64,000 nucleotides of DNA from an uncultured bacterium (GTDB taxonomy: Bacteria > Margulisbacteria > Marinamargulisbacteria > SXXA01), in the NCBI GenBank assembly GCA_903864835.1, contig CAIPHK010000010.1, positions 2,145 through 66,144 on the forward strand, in the 5' to 3' direction. Positions 11,196 to 20,989 of the stretch are shown in pieces. The notes below the pieces were generated by a model. That model had not been told where the DNA came from. It was given only the letters and a program-made list of their open reading frames with translations, and did no database searches. The translations under genes and the position numbers were made by a program. Every line of letters starts with the position of its first letter. Positions within the stretch are counted from its first letter, which is position 1.

Positions 11196-12421
11196 GCAAC
11201 GTTAGATGCTGGCTCTGGGTTAACGTTTAGTTCACCTTCCCATTTGGACACAACCGCAGTAGCGACCGCATTTCCAACGACATTCGTCGCAGATCGTCCC
11301 ATATCAAGGATTTGATCCACGCCCAAAATAATGGCCAAGCCTTCCAAAGGAATGTGAAAGGTCGTCAATGCACCCGCAATAACAATCAAGGACGCCCGAG
11401 GAACGCCCGCCATCCCTTTTGAGGTCACCATCATCATCAACATCATAATAATTTCTTGGGTTAACGAAAAATGGATTCCGTACGCTTGCGCAATAAACAT
11501 TGTTGCAAACGTCATATACATGATCGACCCATCCAAGTTAAAGGAATAGCCCAACGGGATAACGAAGCTGGTAATCCGACTTGAACAGCCAAACTTCTCT
11601 AGCCGATCAATGACCTTCGGAAGGGCAACTTCAGAACTCGCCGTGCTAAACGCCAACAAAATCGGTTCTCGGATATACGACAATAGCTTGAAAAATGGAA
11701 TCCGAAGAATCGCACAAAATAGGCCAAGGCCACCAAACAGAAACACTAATAAGCCCCCAAAGAAACACGCAACCAAATATAAATATCCGGTCAAAATCCC
11801 AACCCCATGTTCCCCCACTACCGCGGCCAGGGCCCCAAATACCCCGAATGGCGCAAATGCCATTACTGCCCGAGTGATTGAAAACATCAAATGGGACAAT
11901 GAATCCAGCCCTCGTAAAAGAACCTTTCCTTTGTCGCCCAAGCCCGGAATTGCTGCTCCAAAAAACAAAGAAAAGACCACAATCTGAAGAATTTCATTGT
12001 GGGCCATGGAGTCAAATATACTGGTCGGAATAACGTGGGTTACAAAATCTTTAACCGTTGCATGGGTCGTCGCGTCAATTCCAATTTCTGTACCTTGTTT
12101 TGGCAAAGTGATATTCATGTGGGTACCGGGGTGAAGGAAATTAACCAACAGGATACCGGAAACCAACGCTACAGCGGTTGCACATTGAAAATAAAAGAAC
12201 GTTTTAACCCCAATCCGCCCCAACGACCGAATATCCCCCAGTTTGGCAATTCCGACGACCAACGTCGAAAACACCAACGGGGCAATGATCATCTTGATCA
12301 ATCGAAGAAATATATCGCTCAAAATGGTCAAATGAGAGGCTCGTCCGCCGAAAAAATGGCCAACTAAGATACCTACTGCCATCCCTACAAAGATCTGGGT
12401 CGTTAATTTGGGTGCTTTCAT
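11192..12421 (-). CDS. gltP: Dicarboxylate/amino acid:cation symporter (DAACS, GltP-like)
   Basis: IFLRLIKMIIAPLVF, AFSTASSE, PLGYSFNLDGS, SKGMAGVP, DMGRSATNV. Confidence 0.9.
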   Translation of the reverse strand: MKAPKLTTQIFVGMAVGILVGHFFGGRASHLTILSDIFLRLIKMIIAPLVFSTLVVGIAKLGDIRSLGRIGVKTFFYFQCATAVALVSGILLVNFLHPGTHMNITLPKQGTEIGIDATTHATVKDFVTHVIPTSIFDSMAHNEILQIVVFSLFFGAAIPGLGDKGKVLLRGLDSLSHLMFSITRAVMAFAPFGVFGALAAVVGEHGVGILTGYLYLVACFFGGLLVFLFGGLGLFCAILRIPFFKLLSYIREPILLAFSTASSEVALPKVIDRLEKFGCSSRITSFVIPLGYSFNLDGSIMYMTFATMFIAQAYGIHFSLTQEIIMMLMMMVTSKGMAGVPRASLIVIAGALTTFHIPLEGLAIILGVDQILDMGRSATNVVGNAVATAVVSKWEGELNVNPEPASNVA

Positions 12422-12424
12422 CGG

Positions 12425-13084
12425 TTAAAAGGCTCCTTTAAGTTCGGGTTGCATATGCCGTAGTTTATCCACAAATACCGTATAGTCGACCATCGAACGA
12501 CGAATGACTTCGTGCGCTTCAGATCGTCCATACACATGGGATATTGTGATGGGGACATGATTGGAATCAGGACTTTGTTTGTACGTCAAAAAATAATGAC
12601 GTAACCGGTCTACAATTGCCGAAGGGACATCGGCCAGATCGTTATAACCAGAGTACGCGGCATCGTTTTCTAATACCGCGATAATTTTGTCGTCGGCCTC
12701 TCCGCCGTCAAAGAGACGAAATCCACCGATGGGAATCGCAGTAACAATCACTGAGCCATGGTTGATCGGACGCTCGGTCAATACACAAATATCAAGGGGA
12801 TCATTGTCACCTTCGATATTTTTTTCGCCAGTACGCTCCATTGTGAACTTAGCCACTTCCTCTCGACAAATAGTCTGAGGAACGAAGCCGTACAAACTCG
12901 GACATACATTCGAGAATTTTTGAGGTCGGTCTACCTTAAGGTGGCCGGTATATTTATCAATTTCATATTTGACGGTGTCGGTCGGAACCATTTCGACAAA
13001 TACGTTGAGAATATCCGGAGCATTCTCGCCTGGGGTAATCCCATGCCAAGGATGGGCCAGGGTAAGTGAATAGTTATGCACCAT
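12425..13084 (-). CDS. ppa: Family I inorganic pyrophosphatase
   Basis: HPWHG, KYEIDK, YGFVPQT, GDNDPLDICV, DDKIIAV; start moved to ATG 13084 (GAAAGGA SD). Confidence 0.93.
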   Translation of the reverse strand: MVHNYSLTLAHPWHGITPGENAPDILNVFVEMVPTDTVKYEIDKYTGHLKVDRPQKFSNVCPSLYGFVPQTICREEVAKFTMERTGEKNIEGDNDPLDICVLTERPINHGSVIVTAIPIGGFRLFDGGEADDKIIAVLENDAAYSGYNDLADVPSAIVDRLRHYFLTYKQSPDSNHVPITISHVYGRSEAHEVIRRSMVDYTVFVDKLRHMQPELKGAF

Positions 13085-13168
13085 GAAAACTGTCCTTTCG
13101 ATCAAAACTATGGAAAATACGAGGAGGATTTAATCCGCCCCGATCTTATTTATAAGAGAAGTTCGGGG

Positions 13169-13198
13169 ATTGTATCTGTAGTACCAGGCAAAAGTCAA
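13169..13198 (-). promoter_or_regulatory. Putative sigma70 promoter of the ppa-gltP-fad operon
   Basis: Minus strand TTGACT-18 nt-TACAAT, followed by a CCCCGA..TCGGGG / TCTTAT..ATAAGA hairpin. Confidence 0.65.
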
Positions 13199-13218
13199 AA
13201 TTTTCACCCGCGACCGTG

Positions 13219-13782
13219 CTAGGCCCCCGGGGGAGTGGCTGCAGGCTCAGATTGATAACTCCGGGGACGAAGCGCCCCACCGGGTCGCAGTGGGATCAAC
13301 ATATCGTTTTCGATCGGAAAATAAAAATCGACAGCGTTAATCAAATCCTCGTTAGTACTCCCTAAAAAAGAGATCACCTCAACTAAAACGCCCCGACTTC
13401 GAAGGTGATAAACCAAGTCGGCAAAGTCTCCGTCTCCCGACACCAACACCGCAACATCAATTTTGTCCGCAATGGTAATTGCGTCGATGGCCAACCCCAT
13501 ATCCCAATCCCCTTTTGCGGAGCCATCCGATCGAATTCGCAACGGCTTTGACTTCACTTCGTACCCATTGGCTTTCAACATTTCGAGAAACGCGGCTTGG
13601 TCGATTTCTGGATTTTCGATGACATAACAAATCGCCCGGATCAATTGACGCCCACGAACGGCGCTCTCCATCAATTTTCCAAAGTTAAGCTTTGCACCCC
13701 ACAAATATTTTGCGGAATAAAACATATTTTGGACGTCGACAAACACTCCTACCCGTTGAAACTTACTAATTCGAGTTAACAT
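13219..13782 (-). CDS. NYN-domain (LabA/DUF88) PIN-like nuclease family protein
   Basis: VFVDVQN, KGDWDMGLAID, LVSGDGDF, GVLVEV, LINAVDFY. Confidence 0.88.
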   Translation of the reverse strand: MLTRISKFQRVGVFVDVQNMFYSAKYLWGAKLNFGKLMESAVRGRQLIRAICYVIENPEIDQAAFLEMLKANGYEVKSKPLRIRSDGSAKGDWDMGLAIDAITIADKIDVAVLVSGDGDFADLVYHLRSRGVLVEVISFLGSTNEDLINAVDFYFPIENDMLIPLRPGGALRPRSYQSEPAATPPGA

Positions 13783-13783
13783 T

Positions 13784-14632
13784 TCAAACCTCTCTGCGCA
13801 TGACGTCGTATGCGACTTCTAATCCCGCAAATAAATGAAATGCAAGGATTCCTTGGCCCGCCAACATCCCTGCGCCACCCAAAATATGGGCACCTTTCGC
13901 CTGAACCTCGGTCAACCAGCGCGTCGGAAATGGCTTATAAATGATATCGCAAACCCAATGGTCTGGGGTTACCCACTGAGTGGTCTCAATGGGCCTCGCA
14001 TCTTCGTTCGGCGCCATCCCCAACGGGGTTGTGTTGATCACGATACGGCAGCCCTGTAACGCCTGCGCCATCTGGACCGACCGGTCATCCACCGTTGAGA
14101 CTTTGACCGCAGGGTAATCCGCTTCGATATCGTGTTTGAGGGCATCTGCACGAAACCGAGTGCGGTTCGAAATCCAAAGCTCTGACACCCCTGCACCCGC
14201 CAACGCAAACGCAACTGATCGTGCCGCACCACCCGCACCAATCAAAAATACGGATTGTCCGTGGGGAGATAAATTGGCCTCCCGCTGCAGAGATAAAATC
14301 AGTCCCTGACCATCCGTTGAATGCCCAATCAGCCGACCATTCCGATTGACGATGGTATTCACGCTGCCCATTCGCTCGGCTTCAGGACTCAATTCGTGGA
14401 GGTATGGAATCACCGCTTCTTTATAGGGAATAGTGACATTGACTCCCATAATTCCGAGGCTCACTAGCCCCCGAATGGAGGACTCCAATTCATGGGGCTT
14501 TACCGGAAATGGTACATACACCCAGTTGAGACCCAGCGATCGGTACGCCGCGGCATGCATTCGCGGGGATGCCGAATGAGACACCGGATATCCAATAATG
14601 CCACAGACTTTTGTATCACCCGACACGCTCAC
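13784..14632 (-). CDS. aroE: Shikimate dehydrogenase
   Basis: GYPVSHSASP, GVNVTIPYK, SVNT, TDGQG, GAGGAA, INTTPLGM. Confidence 0.95.
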   Translation of the reverse strand: MSVSGDTKVCGIIGYPVSHSASPRMHAAAYRSLGLNWVYVPFPVKPHELESSIRGLVSLGIMGVNVTIPYKEAVIPYLHELSPEAERMGSVNTIVNRNGRLIGHSTDGQGLILSLQREANLSPHGQSVFLIGAGGAARSVAFALAGAGVSELWISNRTRFRADALKHDIEADYPAVKVSTVDDRSVQMAQALQGCRIVINTTPLGMAPNEDARPIETTQWVTPDHWVCDIIYKPFPTRWLTEVQAKGAHILGGAGMLAGQGILAFHLFAGLEVAYDVMRREV

Positions 14633-14636
14633 GATA

Positions 14637-15110
14637 TTACCCCTTCCATTCAGCGACCATTTGTTTCCATTCAGAAAATGGTCTCACGAGTTCAGGTTTT
14701 TGATAAAATCGTAAGGCCACTAGAAACATGAGTCCGTTTTCAAAAATTTTTTGGCCATCTGCCGGTCGTGGGGTGCCAAAACATCCGCAATCAACAATCC
14801 ATCCTTGGGACAGCGCGTACCCCACCATCACCGTAAATAGCAATAAGAGTCCCGCAATGGATCCTGCGGTAAATCGGGGATATTGCCCAAATATTAGCAA
14901 TCCTCCCAATCCGATTTCGATCCAAGGTAACCCGATGACTAACGGCCGAATCAACCCCATCGGAATAATCTGATACCCAAGCAAACTAGCGGTGAATCGT
15001 AACGTATCCAACAGTTTAGATACGCCGGCGTAACAAAAAATCACCCCCAACAAGAGCTGCAACCCCAACCATATCCAACGCCGTTGATGGGCAGACATCC
15101 ACTGAATCAC
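14637..15110 (-). CDS. MauE/DoxX-family membrane protein
   Basis: AGVSKL, LPWIEIGLG, DCGCFG motif; about four TM segments. Confidence 0.82.
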   Translation of the reverse strand: MIQWMSAHQRRWIWLGLQLLLGVIFCYAGVSKLLDTLRFTASLLGYQIIPMGLIRPLVIGLPWIEIGLGGLLIFGQYPRFTAGSIAGLLLLFTVMVGYALSQGWIVDCGCFGTPRPADGQKIFENGLMFLVALRFYQKPELVRPFSEWKQMVAEWKG

Positions 15111-15604
15111 TGAAGTACCTCAGCCGCCTGAATCGGCAACTTCGCGCCAATCCACTCTTTCATACCTCCCGGAAACACATAGACACGGGTAAATCCAATT
15201 TCAATAAGTTTGGTCGCAAGCACTTCAGCCATCGCACATTTAGTACTGTTGCAATATGCGACAACGGGTTGATTGCGGTCTAATGCCACCACCTGAGGGT
15301 TTGTTTTCACCTCCACATAATACGACATGATGGCATTCGGAATATGAGCATACTGATACTCTCGGTCTGGACGCGCATCTAAAAACACTGCCTTTCCAGA
15401 CTTTTGCAATGCCCGTGCCTCGTCAATGGTTAATAACGTTAACGCCGCCCCTGTTTTTCTCTTCTCAATCAAATTTAAAGTTTGGGTATCAGCTGATTTT
15501 CGATCGATCTGATCAATTTGACGAGCCGACCAATACGCCGAAATACCGCCAACGACGACCAGGACCAAAACAATTGCAACAATCCACTCTTTTACATTTT
15601 TCAT
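15107..15604 (-). CDS. Membrane-anchored rhodanese-like domain protein
   Basis: N-terminal TM anchor, FLDARP..EY..AHIPNA, YCNSTKC active-site loop, GGMKEW. Confidence 0.85.
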   Translation of the reverse strand: MKNVKEWIVAIVLVLVVVGGISAYWSARQIDQIDRKSADTQTLNLIEKRKTGAALTLLTIDEARALQKSGKAVFLDARPDREYQYAHIPNAIMSYYVEVKTNPQVVALDRNQPVVAYCNSTKCAMAEVLATKLIEIGFTRVYVFPGGMKEWIGAKLPIQAAEVLQ

Positions 15605-15636
15605 AATGCCTCAATTTCAATAAGTTAGTGGTGTAT

Positions 15637-17646
15637 TTATACCACGGGATCGGTACCCTTCAACGACTCAATCTGATCTCGCAACACTGCCGCCAATTCA
15701 AATTCCAGATTCTTCGCTGCGTTCTTCATCTCTTTCTGGAGTTGGGCAATTAACTCAGGGAGTTCATCGGCGCGAACCGACAACTTTCGCTTTTCAACCT
15801 CAGCGATCATCCGGCGATCTTCATCTCGAATATCCGATATTTTTTTCAATATGGATAGAGGGACAATTCCATATTTTTCGTTATGGGCCAATTGGATCAG
15901 CCGACGACGATTGGTTTCGTAAATGGCATTTTTCATTGAATCCGTCATTTTATCGGCGTATAAAATCACGGTACCGTTGATATTTCGTGCAGCCCGCCCC
16001 ATCGTTTGGATCAAGGCCCTCTCATTGCGCAAAAACCCTTCTTTGTCCGCGTCCATAATCGCGACCAGTGAAACTTCGGGTAAATCCAGCCCCTCACGAA
16101 GTAAATTTACCCCGACCAACACGTCATATTTTCCGGCCCTCAAGTCATGCAGAATATCGATGCGATCCAAGGAATGAATTTCCGAATGAAGATAACAAAC
16201 CTTCACGCCTTTACCCTGTAAATAATCGCTCAATTCTTCCGACATGGCTTTGGTTAACGTGGTCACCAAGGTCCGTTCGCCACGGTCAATCGTATGCTGA
16301 ATTTCGATCAACAAATTATCGACTTGGTACAACGTTGGCCGGACGGTCACCACAGGATCCACTAAACCCGTGGGCCGAATAATCTGTTGCGCGACTTCAA
16401 ATTGGCCCCAATCGACCGGCACCGACACCTCGACGTCCATCGCTTTGCGCGACGCTTGCAATTCATACGGTCCTGGAGTCGCCGAAACGTATACCGTTTG
16501 CCCAATTTTGGCTTCGAATTCTTTAAATGTCAGCGGTCGATTATCCAGAGCAGACGGTAAGCGAAATCCGTAATCGATCAGCGATTGCTTCCGGCTTTGA
16601 TCCCCCGCATACATCCCTCGAACCTGGGGCACCGACACATGGGACTCATCGATAATCGTTATAAAGTCTTTGGGAAAAAAGTCCAAAAGGACCCCCGGCG
16701 GAGTCCCTGCCTCCCGGTGTGATAACTGCCGCGAATAATTTTCGATTCCCTTGCAATATCCCACCTCGGCCATCATATCCAAGTCATACAGTGTCCGTTG
16801 CTCCAGTCGCCGCGCCTCGAACTCTTTACCTTGGGACTTCAATTCGACGACGCGGTTTACCATTTCATCTTTGATTATCGCCATTGCACCGTGAATCTGA
16901 TCGTTAACAACGTAGTGAGTCGCGGGATAAATATCGATCTCGTCACGGACCTCTAGTGTATTGCCGTTGACCGAATCAATTAAGGAAATCCGATCCAACT
17001 CGTCCCCAAAAAATTCAAGGCGAACCAAATATTCGGCCCAAGAGGGATAGATATCGATGCATTCCCCTTTTGCCCGATACCGACCCGGTTTAAGCTCTAT
17101 CTCGTTGCGCTCATATTGGGCTTTGTCCAAGGACAACAATAACTGACGCCTCACGACCACATCCCCCAGATGAAGTGAAATCACACCCCGAATGTAATCT
17201 TCCGGGAGCCCCAGTCCATAAATACAGGATACTGACGCCACAATAATCACGTCTCTGCGGGACAACAACGATCGAGTTGCGCTATGACGAAGCCGCTCAA
17301 TTTCCTGATTGATCTGGGCCTCTTTTTCAATATAAACATCCCGGGAAGCGATGTACGCTTCCGGTTGGTAATAGTCGTAATACGACACAAAATATTCCAC
17401 TGCATTGTCGGGGAAAAAGTCTCTAAACTCGGAACATAATTGTGCCGCCAATGTCTTATTATGCGCCATGACCAACGCCGGACGATTCAATTTGGCAATA
17501 ACATTGGCCATCGTAAATGTCTTACCGGAGCCCGTAACCCCCAGCAAAATTTGATTTTTTTTACCGGCATTGAGGCCTTCCGTCAGGACTCGAATCGCTT
17601 CGGGCTGATCCCCGGCGGGCAGATATTCGCTCTGTAGTTTGAACAT
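15637..17646 (-). CDS. uvrB: Excinuclease ABC subunit B
   Basis: PAGDQP, LGVTGSGKTFT, FVSYYDYYQPEAY, IIDESH, NLLREGLD, QTMGRAARN, C-terminal UVR domain; start moved to ATG 17646. Confidence 0.99.
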   Translation of the reverse strand: MFKLQSEYLPAGDQPEAIRVLTEGLNAGKKNQILLGVTGSGKTFTMANVIAKLNRPALVMAHNKTLAAQLCSEFRDFFPDNAVEYFVSYYDYYQPEAYIASRDVYIEKEAQINQEIERLRHSATRSLLSRRDVIIVASVSCIYGLGLPEDYIRGVISLHLGDVVVRRQLLLSLDKAQYERNEIELKPGRYRAKGECIDIYPSWAEYLVRLEFFGDELDRISLIDSVNGNTLEVRDEIDIYPATHYVVNDQIHGAMAIIKDEMVNRVVELKSQGKEFEARRLEQRTLYDLDMMAEVGYCKGIENYSRQLSHREAGTPPGVLLDFFPKDFITIIDESHVSVPQVRGMYAGDQSRKQSLIDYGFRLPSALDNRPLTFKEFEAKIGQTVYVSATPGPYELQASRKAMDVEVSVPVDWGQFEVAQQIIRPTGLVDPVVTVRPTLYQVDNLLIEIQHTIDRGERTLVTTLTKAMSEELSDYLQGKGVKVCYLHSEIHSLDRIDILHDLRAGKYDVLVGVNLLREGLDLPEVSLVAIMDADKEGFLRNERALIQTMGRAARNINGTVILYADKMTDSMKNAIYETNRRRLIQLAHNEKYGIVPLSILKKISDIRDEDRRMIAEVEKRKLSVRADELPELIAQLQKEMKNAAKNLEFELAAVLRDQIESLKGTDPVV

Positions 17647-17682
17647 CAATTTAGTGTACACTGCCGCCACTTCAAAATCACC

Positions 17683-19251
17683 ATGAATCAGACAGATTAT
17701 ATTGTTATCGGAAGCGGGATCGCCGGGCTATCAGCTGCCCATGCGGTGGCGCCGTTTGGCAAAACACTCGTTATTACCAAAGGCAATATTCACGAAGGGT
17801 CGACCCAGTTGGCACAGGGCGGAATCGCGGTCGCCATGCATCGCGACGACACCCCGACATTCCACCTCGACGATACCCTCGCAGCGGGCGACGGCCTCTG
17901 CAACATTGAGGCGGTAAAAATTCTCGTCGAAGAAGGCCCTGCTAGGGTTCAAGAGTTGGTCGATATGGGGGCTCATTTTGACAAAAGCGGGGATGACTAC
18001 TCGTTCACCCGAGAAGCCGCCCACAACCGGCGCCGTATTTTGCATGCCGGTGACGCCACGGGTCGCGAAATCGAAAAAACATTAGGGAATACGGTTCGGC
18101 GACATCCCAATGTCTCATTTCTACAAAACACAACGGTAGCGTCGCTCATTATTTCAAACGGAGAATGTATCGGCTGCATCACCGTCAAAGACGGAATACC
18201 CAAGCCGATTCTGGCCAAAGCAGTGATATTGGCGAGCGGTGGATGTGGCCAAGTCTATTCGTACAATACGAATCCGCCGGTGGCGACAGGGGATGGCATC
18301 GCGTTGGCATTTCGTGCCGGCGCCACTGTCCAAGATATGGAATTTACGCAATTTCATCCCACAACATTGTATACCGGGGATAAAAAACCCATTTCGTTAT
18401 TTCTAATCTCTGAAGCGGTTCGCGGCGAAGGCGGGATCTTACGTAATAAAGATGGAGTCCGCTTCATGCCCAACTATCACTCGATGGCTGAATTGGCCCC
18501 CCGAGATGCAGTGGCCCGCGCGGTGTTTGAGGAAATGAGAAAAACACGATCTCGTCATGTCTATTTGGACCTCAGTGAGGTTCCACTCGAACTCAAAATG
18601 CGATTTCCAACCATTTTTAAACGATGCCAAGCGTCGGGCATCGATATTCGGAGAGATTTTGTTCCCGTCGCCCCCGCGGCTCACTATTTTATGGGGGGAG
18701 TCAGTACCGATATCGAGGGCCGCACGACGATTCCACGGCTATATGCAGCCGGTGAAGTCGCCTCACTGGGAATTCACGGTGCCAATCGGCTGGCATCAAA
18801 CTCCCTGTTGGACGGCCTAGTTTTCGGCTATGGCGCGGGAAAATCGGCCGCTAAATTACTCTCATTGCCGCATAGTCCATCCATCCCCCCCGTTGTGACG
18901 CCACTTCCCGCCGGGCTGACCCGGGTTAAAGCCAGGGTAATCCGATCTCGCCTCCGCAACTTGATGTGGACTAATGTCGGCATTGTCCGAACCCGAGCCA
19001 AAATGGAAAAAGCCCGTGCGTATTTCCAAACACTCCAATGGATTCTCGACACTCCCACCTACGACGAAGAGTTACTTGAGCTCCAAAATCTAATCACAAT
19101 ATCGATGTTAATTACTGAATTTTCCCTCAAGCGCACGGGGAGTCGTGGTGCCCATTTTCGGCAGGACTTTCCCGAAAAAGACACTTCAGAAGTAGGCCAC
19201 TACACCCTCACGATTGGGATGACGACCCCCCTACTCAATCCCCAGCTTTAA
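17683..19251 (+). CDS. nadB: L-aspartate oxidase
   Basis: GSGIAG, AQGGIA, REAAH..RRILH, QFHPT, SEAVRGEG, ELAPRD, AHYFMGG, GIHGANRLASNSL. Confidence 0.95.
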   Translation: MNQTDYIVIGSGIAGLSAAHAVAPFGKTLVITKGNIHEGSTQLAQGGIAVAMHRDDTPTFHLDDTLAAGDGLCNIEAVKILVEEGPARVQELVDMGAHFDKSGDDYSFTREAAHNRRRILHAGDATGREIEKTLGNTVRRHPNVSFLQNTTVASLIISNGECIGCITVKDGIPKPILAKAVILASGGCGQVYSYNTNPPVATGDGIALAFRAGATVQDMEFTQFHPTTLYTGDKKPISLFLISEAVRGEGGILRNKDGVRFMPNYHSMAELAPRDAVARAVFEEMRKTRSRHVYLDLSEVPLELKMRFPTIFKRCQASGIDIRRDFVPVAPAAHYFMGGVSTDIEGRTTIPRLYAAGEVASLGIHGANRLASNSLLDGLVFGYGAGKSAAKLLSLPHSPSIPPVVTPLPAGLTRVKARVIRSRLRNLMWTNVGIVRTRAKMEKARAYFQTLQWILDTPTYDEELLELQNLITISMLITEFSLKRTGSRGAHFRQDFPEKDTSEVGHYTLTIGMTTPLLNPQL

Positions 19252-19973
19252 ACCGTTGTTGAATATTTGGACCGAACTATTGCAAACGCAACCGTTTGTA
19301 CCGTCACCATCAAACTGGTTCCAACGCCTTCCACAATCGCAAATCCGACGTGTCCGACAACGGGAACAGTATCAATCATTGCCCCCAACATCGCCGCACA
19401 CAGTACCAACACCAGCCCAAGACTAAATACCGCCATCGACACCCAAGGGTTAAATCGCACAAAACGGATCGATTGCATCAATCCTTTCCAAAATGGCTCC
19501 GATTCAAAAATAATAAACTGAGACGAAAATTGCGTAAAAAACCACAACACCAGTGAGACCGCTACAAGAACACCAAGAACGGGATTCCCAATATCGACTC
19601 CCAATTTCGCAACTCCCGCACCGGCAACGATCGCAGGGATGACCAAGACCCCGAGAGCTAATACTAAGTGCATTCCAATCCGCAGGATATTACCAAATGA
19701 GCGAATCCCAACCACCACCCGGCCGGAATGAATCACCTGCCCGGCCCACGCAATGGTTACGTTTTTAATAATTAATTCCGAGCATACAGTGGTCGCAAGA
19801 AAATAGAAAATCTGCGCACGAGACGGAGTTAAGGTCGTTACCTGGCTTGCGAATCGGAAGCCCTTGGCCTCCAGAAATCCCATCGCCACGAAAAAAAATA
19901 CCGACGGAACAATCACCAATTTATCCTTGCGGACTACCGACAACGCTTCCTTTAATAAAAATGACATTCGCAT
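19248..19973 (-). CDS. Hypothetical multi-pass membrane protein
   Basis: 241-aa ORF with about six hydrophobic segments, filling the gap between genes. Confidence 0.65.
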   Translation of the reverse strand: MRMSFLLKEALSVVRKDKLVIVPSVFFFVAMGFLEAKGFRFASQVTTLTPSRAQIFYFLATTVCSELIIKNVTIAWAGQVIHSGRVVVGIRSFGNILRIGMHLVLALGVLVIPAIVAGAGVAKLGVDIGNPVLGVLVAVSLVLWFFTQFSSQFIIFESEPFWKGLMQSIRFVRFNPWVSMAVFSLGLVLVLCAAMLGAMIDTVPVVGHVGFAIVEGVGTSLMVTVQTVAFAIVRSKYSTTV

Positions 19974-20047
19974 GAGCCAAGTATACGGAACCAGGGTTTA
20001 CTTGGCCATTGCCTCAAGCCGGTTAAGGAGTATACTCAGTCCCCACT

Positions 20048-20989
20048 ATGTTTACGGCCATTGCCACCCTCAATGCAATCCTTCCCAGCTTCGTTCTCAT
20101 GTTTTGTGGATGGATCATCCATAGAACCGGAGTGGTTACCCATCGATTTCTAAACGAAGCCTCACGTCTCGTCTTTTTTGTTGCACTCCCCGTCTTAATT
20201 ACCCTAAAATTTTACGAAGTGGATTCGGCCCAGGTATTTCCAACCCGGCAAATCACCGTCTGCGTCATCGCAACCTTAGTCTATTGCCTATTTTCATGGG
20301 GGGTCGCCCGCAAAATAGCACCAACCAGAGCCGCGATCGGGGCCATCTTCCAAGGTGCCACCCGAAGCAATTTCTCCGTGATAGGACTCTATTTGATCAA
20401 CGCATTGTTTGGTCACGCAGGGCTGCTCAACGCCACGTTGCTTATGGTCGCGACAATTCCTATCAACAATTTGAGCTCCGCGATCGTGTTATCCCGATAC
20501 GCACCCGATGGCGCAAACGCAAAGGGATCAATCTTGAAAGCGATTGTGATGAACCCGATGGTGCTGTCATTAAGCGTTGTCCCTCTTATTTGGTACAAGC
20601 CCCCAGTCCCATTGTTTATCCTCCAGGCGGCTCACGACATTTCGGCGCTGACGTTACCCCTCGCGTTGATTGCGGTCGGTGCGTCCATCCAATTTTCTCG
20701 GATTCGAGACCATATTTGGTCCGGTGGCGTTGCGGTCATTTTAAAACTGATTGTTATGCCGGTGACGGTCATCGGCATTTCAGTTTTAGCAGGAATAAGG
20801 GGACTCGACTTGGCATCAATTGCCCTTTTTGCGGCCACCCCCACCGCAACAGCAAGCTTTATCTTGGCTAAACGGTTTCATTCAGACACTAAAATGACGG
20901 GTTGGATTGTTGCCGCATGCACACTCACCTCGCTGGCCACATTGCCAACAATAATCATCCTCCTCCGATTGCTTAAATTAGTTCCTTAA
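20048..20989 (+). CDS. AEC (auxin efflux carrier) family transporter
   Basis: LVFFVALP, RSNF..IG, NPMV, LPLAL..VG, KLIVMP, PTA; about ten TM segments. Confidence 0.85.
   Translation: MFTAIATLNAILPSFVLMFCGWIIHRTGVVTHRFLNEASRLVFFVALPVLITLKFYEVDSAQVFPTRQITVCVIATLVYCLFSWGVARKIAPTRAAIGAIFQGATRSNFSVIGLYLINALFGHAGLLNATLLMVATIPINNLSSAIVLSRYAPDGANAKGSILKAIVMNPMVLSLSVVPLIWYKPPVPLFILQAAHDISALTLPLALIAVGASIQFSRIRDHIWSGGVAVILKLIVMPVTVIGISVLAGIRGLDLASIALFAATPTATASFILAKRFHSDTKMTGWIVAACTLTSLATLPTIIILLRLLKLVP

Noticed and set aside
13085-13168. Possible fluoride riboswitch upstream of ppa
   Set aside because: A hairpin is present, but the conserved GGCGAUGG/GAUG..UCC core is not.
17641-17662. Possible LexA box before uvrB (GTAC...GTTC half-sites)
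   Set aside because: The half-sites are 11 nt apart, which does not fit Firmicutes or cyanobacterial SOS-box spacing.
20284-20871. 195-aa alternate-frame ORF inside the AEC transporter, and the many other overlapping or antisense ORFs in the track
   Set aside because: No motifs, atypical composition, and they lie within well-supported genes.
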